From the human T2T-CHM13v2.0 reference genome, Homo sapiens: a DNA stretch of 64,000 nt. Position numbers and translations under genes: made by a program. This document shows, one piece after another, positions 30,431 to 45,738 of this stretch (the stretch's first letter is position 1; each line of letters starts with the position of its first letter). The notes beneath the pieces are model-generated. The model was not told the origin of the DNA. It searched no databases and saw only the letters and a program-made list of their open reading frames with translations. The stretch lies in assembly GCF_009914755.1 (NCBI RefSeq), contig NC_060937.1; one strand, given 5' to 3'.

Positions 30431-32735
30431 GTCAAAGTATTTTTGAAACACAAGTTTTGGAACTCATTTCAGAGCCAATTTATGAGCTGCTCAAGATAAT
30501 AATTTCCATAATTATATAAATGCAAGACAATTTCCTTTGTTTTCTGTCCATGTTTCACTGAATATATTGCTTAAAAGATTGACTTGGGCCAACAGTATCA
30601 GTACCTCCAAAAGAGTAGCTTAAACTAGTAAGAGACTCCATTTTCTTTCTCATAAACCTGGAAATAAGCAGTCTAGAGCTTCTATGGCAGCTAACGGTGT
30701 CCAATCTTTTGCGTCTATCTGCCATTTTGATGTGTGGATTTTAATTCATCATCACAGATGGCTTCTGTGTCTCCAGGTATCATTTACATATTCCTGGCAA
30801 GTGGAAGGTGAAAGAGCAAGGGCAAAAGGCAAAACCTGGATGTCAATTGAATTGGTTATATTTAGTAAACTTTCCCAGAAGCCCTATCAAATAACTGCCC
30901 CTGATGGCGTATTAATCAGTTATCAACCAGTTCTCTGCCCTGTGGTCATTCTTTGCACAATGAGAGGCTGAGAAATGTAATTTTATAGCTGGGCATACTT
31001 TCTTCCTCAAGAAAATTAGAGTTCTGTTACTATGGAATTGGAGAGTGAAGTGTGTTATATAGACTCCTGGCTGTGTTTGCTAAACCCATGTATTCTTTCT
31101 ACTTTCCACATCTCATTTTGAGGCAATGGGTTGGCCTGGAAACCAGGAATAGTGAAATTCTAGAAGTCAGAGGACAATTTGTAGAACAATATTAGGAAAC
31201 AGATTGTCTACTGTTAGGAAGTATCTTCTAGCCTAATGTAAGTACAATAATATGGCTTTCATCGGTTGAAGAAAGCAAATGCTAATCATTTGAAAGTCAA
31301 ATTGCAATAAAAGTGCCTTTATTTCAAAAATACTATAATTCAAATGTAACAAAATATAAAAATTTAGGGTTGAATTATTGTCTCGAATCTGTTATATTTG
31401 CAGCTGGAAGTGCTAAAAATCACTTTGTCTAAAATTAGTTGTATCAAGTATCATGAGCCAAGAAAATTTACGTCATTTGTGTAATTTTGGTTTAAAAATC
31501 CTCTTGACCTAGCAACTGATCTTAATATAATCAAATAATAACTTGTTTCATTTCAAAAGTCAAAATTTGATTATTCTTGCCTAGCTGAAGAAAGACCAGA
31601 GAAATTCATTCTTCCCATTTACTTATTCATCTCCTTCTGAGCGCATATTTCAGCTCTAGAATTAAGAAGGGAAGATTCTGGAAAAGAGAGAAAGAAGCAT
31701 GGAGGCACCACATCAGATGGAGAATTTATTTTTTTGTTTTATGTGTTATGTCAGATGGAGATATTGAGGTATAGGCAGAGAAATGGAGAGAAAGTGCAAC
31801 CAAGTTTTACAATGTTAGCAGACTTGGTAAACCTTTTTATTCATTTTCATTTCTGTCTCCATTCCACTTTAGACTCAGTATAGTTCTTTATTCTCTTTTT
31901 TCTTCTCATTTCCTTTCTATGAGTCATCTGATATCATTTATTTTTAATTTAGTGTGAATGTATTTCAGAACCTAAACTGGAGTTGCCAGAGTACTATTTG
32001 AAAGAGCTGTGTGTTCTGTTCGAAGGTCATTCAGTACTCCCACTTGCAGCTACACTGGAAGAAAGAGGGACCTGGAGCATGACCTAAGACAGCACAGGTT
32101 ACTCTGCTTAACAACAGAATCCTGTTTTATCTGTGCTTGTCTTCTACACTCTTTTACTTGTAGTTCAAACTTCTTTCCTCACATCAACACCTTTAGCTCA
32201 GCAGCCTGGCTTCCTCCTCCCAAGCTGGAGCATCACCCATTTACACTAGCCTTTTGGTCTCACACCTCAGATATTTTTTTATTTTCTATCATTTGGCATC
32301 CAGAACATCTGGGACTGAACCTTCTAAGGAGAGGTGGGCTGCATATGGACGCACTTCTCAGAAACATCCCGGAGGAAGCTACGAAAAAGGCAAATAGGAA
32401 TCAGAGGCTACATATGACTGGGTAGAGAACAAAATGTCCTGAAATTTGACTACTGGGGAGCTGGGTTCAGGACTTACGCATTTTAGTGCATCATATTAAT
32501 ATGTGAATCTAATAAAGATTAAACTGCAAATGTGGGCACTTCATAGATACTAAAAATCAACAAAGAGAGGATAAAAACTAAGAACAATTGCACTGATTGA
32601 GATGAACTTCTCACTGTTTTTTTAATTCCTTGTAAATGCATCACAGGAAGTATATGCAAAACTATATTAAATAAATATGTATAAAATGCCTTGTACATGC
32701 CAAGTGTATGAAAGGCACTCAAAACTGCAAATATA

Positions 32736-33041
32736 GGCCGGGCGTGGTGGCTGTCTGGGAGCACTTTGGGAGGCCAAGGTGAGAGGATTGCTTGAGCCCA
32801 GGAGTTCAAGACAGCCTGGGCAACATAGTGAGACCCCATCTCTACACATAGTAATAATAATAGTAATAATTAGTTTGGTGTGGTTGCAAGCACCTGTAGT
32901 TGCAGCAACGTGTAAGGCTGAGGTGGGAGAATGGGGTTTATGACCTCACTGAGCTTATGAGGTCAAGGCTTGAGTGAGCCATGATTGCAACACTGAACTT
33001 CAGCCTGGGCGAGAGAGTGAGACGCTGTCTCAAAAAAAAAA
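32736..33041 (+). mobile_element. AluJ-type SINE
   Basis: GAGGATTGCTTGAGCCCAGGAGTTCAAG; TSD aactgcaaatata / aagtgcaaatata. Confidence 0.88.
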
Positions 33042-34374
33042 GTGCAAATATATAATTAATTATATATTATCATATAATTATAATTATATATGCATTATAT
33101 AATAAGCATTTGATGAAACTATTAATTAACAGGTGTTTTATAAGATTATCTTTAAGGTTCATATTGTTATAACTTTAGTGTCCATGTAGCAGAGTTTTCT
33201 ATTCATAAATTTTCCAAACTGGTGGGAACACATTGGTGTGGTTTTTTTTTTTATTAAATCCTACTGATAATTATAAACCATATCTTCATCTAAAATTTAT
33301 GTTCCAAGTTCCTATAATTCAAAATGTCAGAATAATTTCTGCCATTGATTCTGAAGGTGTCTCTTTCCTACCAGTTTCTCGGCTGTTTTGTCTGGATTCA
33401 TATTTAAGCATTTGGCTTTCATTTTTATCTCTAATTCATCCAGGCTGGAAGAGTTGAACAGTAATACCAGCTGGCATAGAGTTGAGCCTGTATCAGCATA
33501 TTGATGTTCCTGCATCAGCATATTGATGCTAGTGACACCAAAATGTTTCTCTGTGTCACTAAACTGCCTCACATAGGCATTAAACAAGTGTGGTGACAAA
33601 AGAGAGCTGACAGTAATCATCCCCAGAATGGATGAACCGTTGCCCATTGGAAGAGAAAACGTTTCACAGTGAGTTGGTGCATTATCACAATGACATGAAA
33701 CAAATCAATATATCCCAACTATCAATAATAAATAAGAGTAAGTATGTGACATTCTGCTAGTAGTTGACGATTAACTGTTGAGACTGTGACACTTTTGGTT
33801 CTGAACGTAATTAAAAACAAAAGTCACCATGATAAAGATGCTTAGAAAAAACTGCAGCTGCTGCTCAATCCTGATGTGAAGAATAACTAGCTAATCAAGT
33901 ATTTTTTTAAATTTAATTAACTTTTTAGTGAAAGAAAAACATATATACAGAAAAGTTCCCGCATCATACTTGTACAGATCAATGAATTTTTTACACAGGT
34001 ATGACATTTGTGTAAACTCTACCCAGCTAAATGAATAGTACATATTGGTAGCACTTCTCTTGCCTCCTAACGGTCATTATTCACATCTTTCTCCCCAAAG
34101 CTAATTCATTAGCTTTCATTCATTCATTGACTAACCAGAGCTCTCACATAATCAATTAATTTTATCTGTATTGTGAATCATAATTCTGTGCTACTTTTGA
34201 GAGTGGTTTAAAGTGGGGAGTGCACTGCCAGACACATGTGATAGATTATTCTACAGCAATACAAAGAAGCAGCTTGAGCCCCAAAGACCAGGTAAAAGAT
34301 GATTAAAATAGTGTGGGTAAGACAGGATGAGGAGTCAACAAAGAAATAGCAATAGGATTTGTAAAGAAGAGACA

Positions 34375-35155
34375 AAAAAGAGCCTGAATAGCCAAAGGAA
34401 TCCTGAGCAAAAAGAACAAAGCTAGAGGCATCATATTACCTGACTTTAAAATTACCTGATATCACAACGCTGTAGAAACCAAATCAGCATGGCACTGATA
34501 TAAAAATGGACACTTAGACCAATGGAACAGAACAGAGAACCAAGATATAAAGCCACATATGTACAGCCAATTAATCTTTGATAAAGCCAACACAAACTTA
34601 CATTGGGGAAAGGACACTCACTTCAATAAATGGTGCTGGGAAAACTGGATAGCCACATTCAGAAGAATAAAACTGGACCCCTATATCTTACCATATACAG
34701 AAATCAACTCGAAATAGACTAAAGACTTAAATGTAAGACCCAAAACTATAAAAATATTAAAAGAATATAAGCCAGGCAAAAAAGGTAAATATCACATGTT
34801 CTCACTTATATGTGGGAGCTAAAAAATTTCAACACATGGAGGCAGAGAGTGAAAAAATAGATAACAGAGACTGGGAAGGGTGAGCAGGGGAAGGAGAAAG
34901 GATGAAGAGAAGCAGGTTAAAGGGTACAAACATATAGTAAGACAAAAGGAATAAATTCAATGTCTGATAGCAGAGTAGGATGCCTATAGTTAACAAAACT
35001 ATAAAATCTATTGTACTTGAGTGATGGATACCCTGAATTTCCTAAACTTGATCACTACTGTTAGTAGTGTAACGTATTTTCTCATGTAACGTATTTTCTC
35101 ATGTACCCCATAAACTTGCACAAATAAAAAAATAAAATACATAAAAAAAAGAAAC
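34375..35155 (+). mobile_element. L1MA-like 3' fragment with internal deletion, lying within L2 sequence
   Basis: ORF2 remnant jumps at ~34765 into the 3' UTR; A-tail; 17-bp tandem duplication at 35068-35101. Confidence 0.8.
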
Positions 35156-36490
35156 AAACATGCATGTCTGATTTGTATAGAGCATGAGGGATCCAGGTTG
35201 ACTTATAGGTTTCTAGCTGTGACAACTGCATGGGTGTAGTTCCATTCACTGAAAGAATGGAGCAGGTTTTAGGGGTAAAAAGGTGAGTTCAGCGTGAACA
35301 TACTGAGTTTGAAGTGCAAGGTGGCATGGAGATGGGTTATTTAAGATATTAGGAAGTCAGAATGTAAAATATTTGTTGATTAAATATCTGGGGGAAGAGC
35401 TCAGTAAATAAATAAAGGTGTGAGTGATGGTCCTCAGGACTCTGGCTTGGGCAAGTTGGTGAAGGATACAGGCATTCACTGAGCTAGGGGAACCGATAAG
35501 TTTTGGGCATACTAAGTTTAAGGCATCTGTTGGGAGCCATCTAAATAGGAATAGGTTATGGATAACTGGATATATGAGTCTGGGCTCAAAACATGGATTT
35601 TTTTGGAGAATATAAAGTAAAATGAGATATTTAAAGGCACTCTGGAAAGTATGGCCTGCTCCAACTATTAGTTGCTATTCTTTTTGTTGACTCAGTTTGA
35701 AAAAGCCCTGATAGTGATATCCAACTAGTTCATTATTAATTGCTGGAAAAGAAACATCATTTGTGGTTTTGTGGAGGTAAAAGAAGACATCAACGCTTTG
35801 CCACTGATGACAATGGCATCATGCCAGTCTTAGAAATCATTTCAGATAGTGTTCATCAGAAACCATTCACCTAAACTTTAACTGTGAGGCAATTCACTTC
35901 TGTAGGAAAGGAATGTTAATTTATTCTTTAAAATTGGTTACTATCAATTGTGGCACGAAAAAAATGCTTTTAATTGCATAAATAATTGGTGAGAACTGAG
36001 GTATGGAACCAAGGCAAGATAGGAGGGGCACAAACTTGAAGATGAATGATAAACTGGACAAGAGAAATCAATGATTCATTCAATCAGTTGTAATGCATAT
36101 TCATCAGGCACTACACTAAGTATTGGGGATGCCAAATATAATTATATCTCTTCTTTTGGGGTCCCTATAGATGAATATGGGGACAAATGTACAATAATTA
36201 TTATGGAAAAAATGTTAATTTTGATAATGAAGATATAAGAAACACCCAATAGCAGAATAGGGGAAAGGAGTACTTAATACTCTCAGTAAGGAATGCTTCA
36301 CAGATAAAATGGTATGAAATAGGAATTGAGGGATGAGTTGAAAATCAACTGGCAGGAAAATTGATGAGACTTCCACTAGCCAAATTTATGATAATTTGAA
36401 ATAAAAGATGATGGTACTTAATTATAGCACGTTGAATTAAAAATATGCACAGATCCATAGTAATAGTTATGAAAGAAATAAAGAAAGAGG

Positions 36491-36750
36491 GGGTAGGATG
36501 CAGTGGTTCATGCCTATAATCTCAGCACTTTAGGAGGCTTAGAAGTTTGAGACCAGACTGGGCAACATGGTATGACCCTGTCTCTATAAAAAAATTTGAA
36601 ATTAGCCAGGCATGGTGGCACATACATGTAGCCCGAGCTACTCAAGAATCTGAGGTAAAAGGATCACTTGAACCCAGGAGTTTGAGATGGTAGTGAGCCA
36701 CTGCTCTCCAGCCTGAGTAACAGGGCAAGACCTTGTCTCAAAAAAAAAAA
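36491..36750 (+). mobile_element. AluJ-type SINE
   Basis: Diverged Alu dimer with deletions; A-tail. Confidence 0.8.
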
Positions 36751-36863
36751 GAAAAAGAAAAAGAAAGAAAGAAGGAAGGAAGGAAGGAAGGAAAGAAGGA
36801 AGGAAAGAAGGAAAGAAGGAAGGAAAGAAAGAAGAGAAAGAAGGAAAGAAAGAAAGGAAGAAA
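36750..36863 (+). repeat. (GAAG/GAAA)n purine microsatellite derived from the Alu tail
   Basis: Read directly. Confidence 0.95.
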
Positions 36864-37366
36864 GGTGCATTTACATAATGAGTGTGGTTGTATTTAGCTT
36901 TTAGTTTATTTGGCACTGCTGTCACACCTGCCCTGTCACATTGTCTAGGTCCTGGATCACTCTAGATTTGGGTGTAATATGGAGCCACCTCCACTGTGTG
37001 CTACAAGGGTTCATTCATTCAACATTTAATTTGTCCCCTGCTACAAGTCCTGAGCAAGCCAATGGGGAATCAATGATACATCAACCAACCAAGCAATCAA
37101 ACCAAATGAAAAACAAATACAAAATCCCTGCCTTTAAGGAGTACAGTTCATTCAGGGTGAAAGATAAATGGCCAGTGATAAAAATGACATGATAACTGAT
37201 GAAACAAATGTGCTCACAGAGCCATTTCTCCAAGACTCCACCAAAACAAGTGTCAGGAAGCCAGGAGAGAGTTAAAAGAAATCACAGGGAAGCTACCAGA
37301 ATTCTGAAGAAGTTGTATTATCATTTCCACCAAAACAAGCAGCACCTTTTTTTTGGTCTTTGTGAT

Positions 37367-37868
37367 TATATTAGAGTTCTCTGGAGAAACAAAACTGGTA
37401 GGATATATGATATAGATAAAGGAATTTATTACGGAAATTGGCTTATGTGACTATGGAGACTGAGAAGTCCTGCAATCTGTAAACTGGAGAACTAGGAAAG
37501 TTGGTGGTAAAACTCTTAATCTGAAGCCAAAGGCTTGATAATTTGGGGGTCTACTGGTGTAAGTTCTTGGGTCCGAAGGGCTCAGAAAGGGGAGCTCCAG
37601 TGTCCAAGGCAGAAGAAGGTTGGTGTCTCAACCCAAGAAGAGAGTGTTTTCATCCTTCCTCTGCCTTTTTGTAGCAGCGAGTGGGCCCTCATGGGATTGG
37701 ATGATGCCTGCCCACATTGGAGAGAGTGATCTTCCTTACTCAGTCTGTTCATTCAAATGCCAATCTCTTCCAGAAACACCTCCACAAACATACTCAGAAA
37801 AAATGTCTTACCAGATATTGTGGCATCCCTTAAAACCCTCAAGTTGATGCGTAAAATAAACTATCACA
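37367..37868 (-). mobile_element. Solo ERVL LTR, MLT2-like
   Basis: TATATTAGAGTTCTCTGGAGAAAC...TAAAATAAACTATCACA; perfect 5-bp TSD gtgat (37362-37366 and 37869-37873). Confidence 0.85.
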
Positions 37869-39288
37869 GTGATCTTAAAGGGATACTATCTCAGGAATAA
37901 GATAGTGTCCTAAGCAGTCCTTTTCATGCTCATGCTTCCTGTTTTACCAGTCCAGACTCTTGATGCCTCCCTGCTCTCCCTGTCCTGACATCAGAACTTC
38001 TTGGACCTTAGACCACTGTCAATGTTGGCATGTGTGATTATGACAAGGTCATTTTAAGGCCCCCTGAGTTACCTTATATTGTTAGAGCCCATGCCGGACT
38101 CCAAATCTGTGTTCATTGTGCTACCATAATGTGCTTAACATATCACCAGAGAGTAATCTCTCTTAACGGACACCTTCAGACTTTCTGTTCTTACAGAAGG
38201 AGACAGTTCTTTCCTTAACTTTCTGTAGATGGCTCTCTCATGCCATGTATAAATGGAACCTACATCAGACTCAAGCAAAAACAAACAGTAACATCATTCT
38301 CCATTTGCTGCTATTCAATGCACCACTGCAATTTTTGGGTATAGAATTTTCAGGGAGTTTAGGAAAGACATGGCCTAAGTTCTAGTATTATATTCAGCTT
38401 TAACCAAATTGGGAATGAAGCTCATACCCCTATTAAAGTCAAATCCTTACATATTTCCAATTCAGTAAAACAAAACACAAAAACTCACTAATAGCTAAAA
38501 CCAAACATTATCAGGCAATCAGCATATTTGATTCAGGCTTTTGGAAATACAATAAATCACACTCTGATTATAGCATTTCAAATTGTAGACTAAAGAGTCC
38601 CTAATGAATTAAATACTATCTTCTAAAAAACATTGACTCTGTATACAACTTATCATTTTCATGATTTTAGACAGAGAATTTAAGTGACAGTCATTTAATC
38701 ACTGAATTCATACAATCACTTATATTGAGCAGAACTATGGTGAACATGTAAAAGTTACTTTTCAACAATGCAAATGAACATCTTATATTTTTTTCCATTA
38801 GTTTGGATATGTAAAATTTTCTACTGAGGTGATTTACATGGGGTCATAATTATAAAACATGGAAGAAACAGCTTTAGAATCAATGCAGAGTATAAAAGGC
38901 ACACATGAATGTATATGTATAAAAATCTGCAGCCATAAGCTATCACACATATAATTAAAATGGATTTATTGCTTTTGGCTTTGATTTTTTTTCTCCCTGT
39001 TATTAAATAATTATAGGGATCCCTTGAGTTCAATTGTAATTACACATATACAAACTATAATATTTCACAAATATATACTACACATATAGTCTTTAAAGCT
39101 GAACTAATATAATAATATATATGCAAATTTAAATGTATGAAATTCAGGTAATTAAAAATTATGATTCCCTAAACAACATTAACTTACAGATAGTTATAAA
39201 TCATGGCATTATGTGTTAGATTTATATTACAATATATATCTCTGGTAACGTGGATTTATGGTGTATGTGTGAGTTTTTAAAATTTGTT

Positions 39289-39600
<312 letters not shown>

Positions 39601-40049
39601 TCAGGCCAATCATTCTCTTCCCAAGGTCTCCTGCTAAGCAAAATAGCCCTAGATGATTGCATAAGTCTAAGTGGCTACTGTGATATCTCATGACCATGTT
39701 CCCTTGGCCATAGCAGAGATAAGGGATGGGTGGACACCCTACCCAAGTTTCCCTAATGTATAGACTTGTCAAGGGCCTGAATGGTGATTAGGGTTGAGAG
39801 CTTTGCACGAGAGAAGACTTGTCAACTCGTTGTAAGAATTATATTTTCACGGTGATTTTGAATGTGAGACTCAGAAAAAGCTCAGCAGTCCATAGTTATA
39901 ATTATTTTTTTAAATATGAAAATAAAGAAGCTGTAGCATGTTAATAGGGGAACGTTGCAACAGAGATTCATAAAATCTTGTTCTCTGAGGTGGTAGCTAG
40001 GTAAGCCAGTTGCCAGAACTGGTTCTAAACACTCTTCCAGGTCAGTCTC

Positions 40050-40862
40050 TATTATGGATAAAACTGTATTCCCCAAAAAGATATGCTGAAGTTCTAAGCT
40101 CTTGTACCTGGTATCGTATCGAACTTATTTGGAAATAGGGCCTTTGCAGATGTAATCAAATTAAAATGAGGTCATTAGGATAGGCTCTTACCTGATATGA
40201 CTGGTGCCCATAATTATAAGAAGGGAGAAGAACATTGTATGAGTCTGTTTTCATGCTGCTGATAAAGACATACCTGAGACTGGGCAATTTACAAAAGAAA
40301 GAGGTTTAATTACACTTACAGTTCCACATGGCTGTGGAGGCCTCACAATCATGGCGGAAGGCAAGGAGGAGCAAGTCACATCTTACGTGGTGGCGGTGGG
40401 CAAAAAGAGAGCTTGTTTGGGAAAACTCCCTGTTATAATGACCATTAGATCTTATGAGACTGACTCACTATCACGAAAACAGCATGGGAAAGACCTGCCC
40501 CCATGATTCAATTACCTCCCTCCAGGTCCCTCCCACAACGCGTGGGAATTCAAGATGAGATTTGGGTGGGGACACAGCCAAACCATATCAAACATGTGAA
40601 AACACAGACCCACCAGAGGAGGATGCCGCATGGTGATGGAGGCAGTGATTGAAGTACTCCAGCTGCAAGCCAAGGAACACCAAGAATTGCCAAAACTAGG
40701 AAGGCAAGGAAGAGATTCCTCCCTACAGGTTTCAGGGGGAGTATGGCCTTACTGACTCCTTGATCCCTGACATCCAGCCTCCAGAACCAGGAGACAAATT
40801 TCTGTTGTTTTAGGCCATTCAGTGTTGGTACTTTGTTATGGTGGCCCTCAGGAACAAATACA
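40050..40862 (+). mobile_element. MLT1B/C-like solo LTR split by THE1
   Basis: TTATTTGGAAATAGGGCCTTTGCAGATGTAAT ... CAAGCCAAGGAACACC ... ATACA end. Confidence 0.8.
40236..40590 (-). mobile_element. THE1 (THE1B-like) solo LTR
   Basis: GCTGCTGATAAAGACATACCTGAGACTGGG...GGGACACAGCCAAACCATATCA; perfect TSD aacat. Confidence 0.92.
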
Positions 40863-41572
40863 CTTTCGAAGAGTCAGCTCTGCCAAATTTTCTGTTCTCT
40901 CAAGAGGACTGGTTGCCTGACTTCTGGATTCCCATGTGCCTAAGCTTCACATTCTTCTCCTTTCCGTGTGCCAGGAAATGAACTGACCCCATGTTCCCTG
41001 CAACCAAAATATCAGTATAAACTGGAACCAGGAGTGGGGCTATATGCACCGGAAGCTCACAGGAAATGAAGGACATGTGGAACTGGTTTTGGTGATGAGG
41101 CAGAGAAATGGGCAGGGGAATTCCCTTCACACCTGCAACAAAGTGCTTGTAGCCTGTACTTTGTGGTAATGGAAGAATTAATTAAGCCATAGCCTGTTGT
41201 CTCTAGATGCTGAGACAATATACTGACCAAAGCAAGAGTTTCAGGGCTTTTGTAACTCTGAAGATTAGGTCCAAAAGGCCTAATCTTTGGACCCTAGGAT
41301 TGTAGGGTCAGCTAAATTCCTGACAGGTCCATATCTCCATGTGAATTTAGGGCATAATTGTCAGAGTTTGGAATTGTAATAATAAGAAAATCTGAGAAAC
41401 AGGAGAGGTTAAGTGACTTGCTCAAGGTCACACCAATTTTATGTATATTTTGCCACAATTAAAACTACTAAAAATTTTAATAAAAACATTCCACTTACTA
41501 TGAGTCAGGCAAAAAAAGTTAATTATTTCAACTATAAAAGGATGTATTGAGGATTATACATGTGACTGTTGA

Positions 41573-41931
<359 letters not shown>

Positions 41932-42176
41932 TCATATTCTTCATTCAATATTATCTGTTGGACCAGTGAAGGACTTGTCTCTATAGAAGTTTTGCTACTT
42001 TAATGTGAGTGTTTTGCTAAAGTGTCCCACTAGGGAATGGGGCAAAAATTTAGGATAATCTAATCTTTATGATCCTTACAGAATGGTTCAAATGTGGAGA
42101 GTGCCTTACTGAATCTAAAACTTTGGAAATATTCATGGCATATGGAGGGGAAATACAGTTATAAAAGATGTAATGG

Positions 42177-42460
42177 GGCTGGGTGTGGTGGCTTATGCCT
42201 ATATTCCAGTGCTTTTGGAGGCCAAGGCAGGAGGATTTCTTGAGCCAAAGAGTTTGAGGCCAGCCTTAGCAACATGCCAAAACCAGTCTCTACCAAAAAA
42301 AAAAAAAAAAAATTAGCCAGACGTGGTGGCATATGCCTGTAGTCCCAGCTAAGACTGGAGGACCACTTGAGCTCAGGAGTTCAAAGTTGCAGTGAACTAT
42401 GATGGTGCCATTATACTCCAGCCCGGGTGACAGAGTGAGACCCTGTCTCTAAAAAAAATA
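42177..42460 (+). mobile_element. AluJ-type SINE
   Basis: Alu dimer with an expanded middle A-linker. Confidence 0.85.
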
Positions 42461-44982
42461 AGTAACGGGACAGTGATCAAGTACTTATTTGCTTTTTAAG
42501 ACTTTGCTCACAAGAACACACACAATTAAGCTCTGTAGTATTTACCTCAAATATGCAGTCTCAGGAGAATCTAACTTTTCTAGCATATATGTCCTTGATT
42601 CCACTTGTAGTTTTTCAATGGAAACTTCAAAACAAGGGTGGAAATCTTTAGTGTTATCCCATTGTGTCTCTGAATGGTTAAATAAAATTGAACATTAAAC
42701 CTAAGCCTGCTTCCTGAATGAGGAAAAGGGAAAATAAAGGGTCCTCTGATCTTCTTTTGGCAGGTTAAAAATTACACCAATCTTTAACCACCCTCTTTTC
42801 TCCTCCACACCAAACAAGCCAACAAGCAAACAAACACAAGTACTTGCCCAAAAAGTTCCTGTGCTGCTTTGAGCATCTTCCAACATTATGCAGAAATTAG
42901 TTCTACTCCTCATACAAGTTTTTCACCTTCACCAAGAAAATGCAAATGTTGGGAGCGTGCTAATTGATCAAGGACTGGCAGGAGAGGGGAAGGCGGAGTA
43001 GACATTTTTAATACATCAACTCTCCTTATCATCTCAACCCTCACTGTGATATAGAGAGGGCTGTCTCCATTTTACGGAAGTGAAGATGTTTATTCACTCA
43101 GTCAAGATTACTCAGCTAGTGGTAGAGATTAGTTTTGTCTGACTCCAAGCTAGGTGCTTTCTCTAGCATATGACCTAGCCTCTCATTCTAAGAGACTGCT
43201 TGTTCATGGATTAAGTGATTTTGCTTAAAATTTTCCGTAACAATCTTGTTTTCTTCAGACCTTGCAACAGCTAAGATCCCTTTTCTTAGGTTAGTACATG
43301 CACACACTCACGTCATAAAGGTGATAAAAGTCAGCTACTTGGTGATTCCCAAGTTTCCTAGGTATCTTTGATATGCTTAATAAGTCAACTTCTGCCAACG
43401 AATGCTTTTTTAGGCAGAGCAACTGGATGAGAAATATTTTAAAACAATGTTGATAACCAACAATGATAAGGCTTCCATTGAAGCTGTCTAAATTTTAATA
43501 TTTTATATATATGTATATAATGCACATTCTTTGAATTTGGAAAACCATATTTCTAAGTGGATGTGTAGATTCTTTAATAAGCTGGTCTTAGAAAAAAAGA
43601 ATAGACTATTATTTAATTCACAAACATAATTTAAACTTTACTATTTTAGTTTTACAATTTCCAATTTCTCTTTTGCTTATTAATCAAAAACTGTTCTCTT
43701 TCTTGGCTTGGAGAAGATGATACTAACAAAATGTAATGTAATTGTTTAGAAGTAATTTTCTCCAGCGATCTAGGAAGCTTAAGTAGTTGAGCTTCCTATT
43801 ACTTTTTGCCCCCTGGGTTTTACATTAGTTCTGCGCTGACTTGTCTGTGTATTTGTAAGAGTAAACGATTAGGTAGGAGAGGCTCCAGGGGACTGTTCTT
43901 GGCAGTAGCAGGTTGCGTTTAACTACCTTCTGCTTGCATGCACCTGATGATGTTGGTTATTAACAGAGTTTTTAGGAATCAATGACTACAATATCTCTTT
44001 GCTTAATAGGTGTACGCAAAGGAAAAAAAAAGTAATAACACTTACCCGCAGGTGCATTCTATGGTCTTAATCCAAGAAACAGAATTTTGTAGTGTTGTTG
44101 ACAGCTGTTTTACTTGTTCCATGTTTTCATTGCACACGTTGAGCCATGAATATTCAAAATATAGTCTGCCTGACTGTGCTACCCATGGGAAAAATCAACA
44201 AGAAACGATGTACGTGGTAGAAAATAATGGCCAGCAAAGGCTATTGGAAATGGGGTGGTAGGAATAAAGCGTAAACAAACCAGAATGACGGTTGAGATCA
44301 TTAGTGGAGGATTTTTGAAAATGGAAACATGTTGAAATGTTGAAGTCATCATATGAATGAATGTTGTTTGATACCTTGAGGAACCTGATGACCTCCAATT
44401 CCTCTACATTGTCTTACTGCTCCAGCTGGTATGGCTGAAGATTAAATAAAGTTTTGTGACTAGTTCAGAGAAAAATGTAAAGCATAAAGTTTTGTATCCT
44501 TGCCCCACTATTTTTCTAGGGAAGGAGTTTCTTATTTTTCTTACCCTCTCTTTTCCTTATCTTTCTTTCTTTCCTTCCTTTTCTTTCCCTTCTCTACTTT
44601 TTTCTCCTCTCTCTTCTCTTTGTCTTCCTCTTCTTCTTTTTTTTGGAAGCAATGAACTCTTCCTTGCTGCTGGGTGGGGAGAAAAACTGGAGAAATGGAA
44701 AGCCAGGTGGCTGTTCATGATAAACAGAAAAGGAGACATTCAGAAGGAAAAATCTAGTAGAGGGGTAGGAGGCTACAGAGGCAATGGCCAGCAGGGGCAT
44801 AGGAGAGGGAAGAAAAGGGTAGGTTCATGCTGAGGGGCCTGCGGAAGTGTGGAGCTAAATGGTACATGGAACTTCCGAAGGAAAAGGGTGGTATAATAAG
44901 GATTTTAAGGAAGGGTTGCTATGGGATGCATGGTGTCATTCCCTTATCTGTAATTCCAACCAAATTATTGAAAAGGTCAGAT

Positions 44983-44984
<2 letters not shown>

Positions 44985-45020
<36 letters not shown>
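44985..45020 (+). repeat. (TG)n microsatellite
   Basis: Read directly. Confidence 0.95.
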
Positions 45021-45024
<4 letters not shown>

Positions 45025-45738
45025 ATCAACACATGTGGTTGGGCACTAGGTAAGAGAGAGCTGACCCACTGAGACACCCAAAGAAAAACAGTGTAAAAAA
45101 ATATTTTAAAATAGGGTTTACTCCCTTTATTGTCTTCTGTAGTCGAATGAGACCACTCACTGCTTCCTGAACCTTGTTTGTCCCTTCTTACCTCCACACC
45201 CTTGTGCTTGCACACTCTCAATCTTAGTATCTGCCAACACCTCTGTTCCACGCTGCTGTCAAAATCCTACTAATCTTTCAAAGCTGAAATGCCACCTTTC
45301 CCTTTAGGCCTTCTCTGACTTCCTGGCTGGAATTTATTTTATTTTTAATTCCTATTCCTACACTTTGCTTCAATCACTGCCTTGCCTTACAGCCACATGG
45401 GTTAGTCTCCCTCTGCTAGAGTGTGGGAGCCCTTCCTAAGCAGGGATCCTGTTCTACTCATTTCTGTGTCTCACCCAGATCCCTAGCAGAGGCTGAGTAA
45501 ACATTAATGGAACATTAATGAAATAATGTGTGCTTGGATCATCAAATACAGTTTTTTAACCTGCATTTTCTCTTATAATTCATGAGTTATTTTTTATAAA
45601 GCTCTTTTGTAGGTAATATTTCCTTTCCATAGTACAACATTGAAAGGTAAACTTGGCAATACATTTTAACAGCTGATATCATTCTAAAACAAGCAAGATG
45701 AAAAAGTAATACAGAACTCCTTTAGATAATACTATTTA

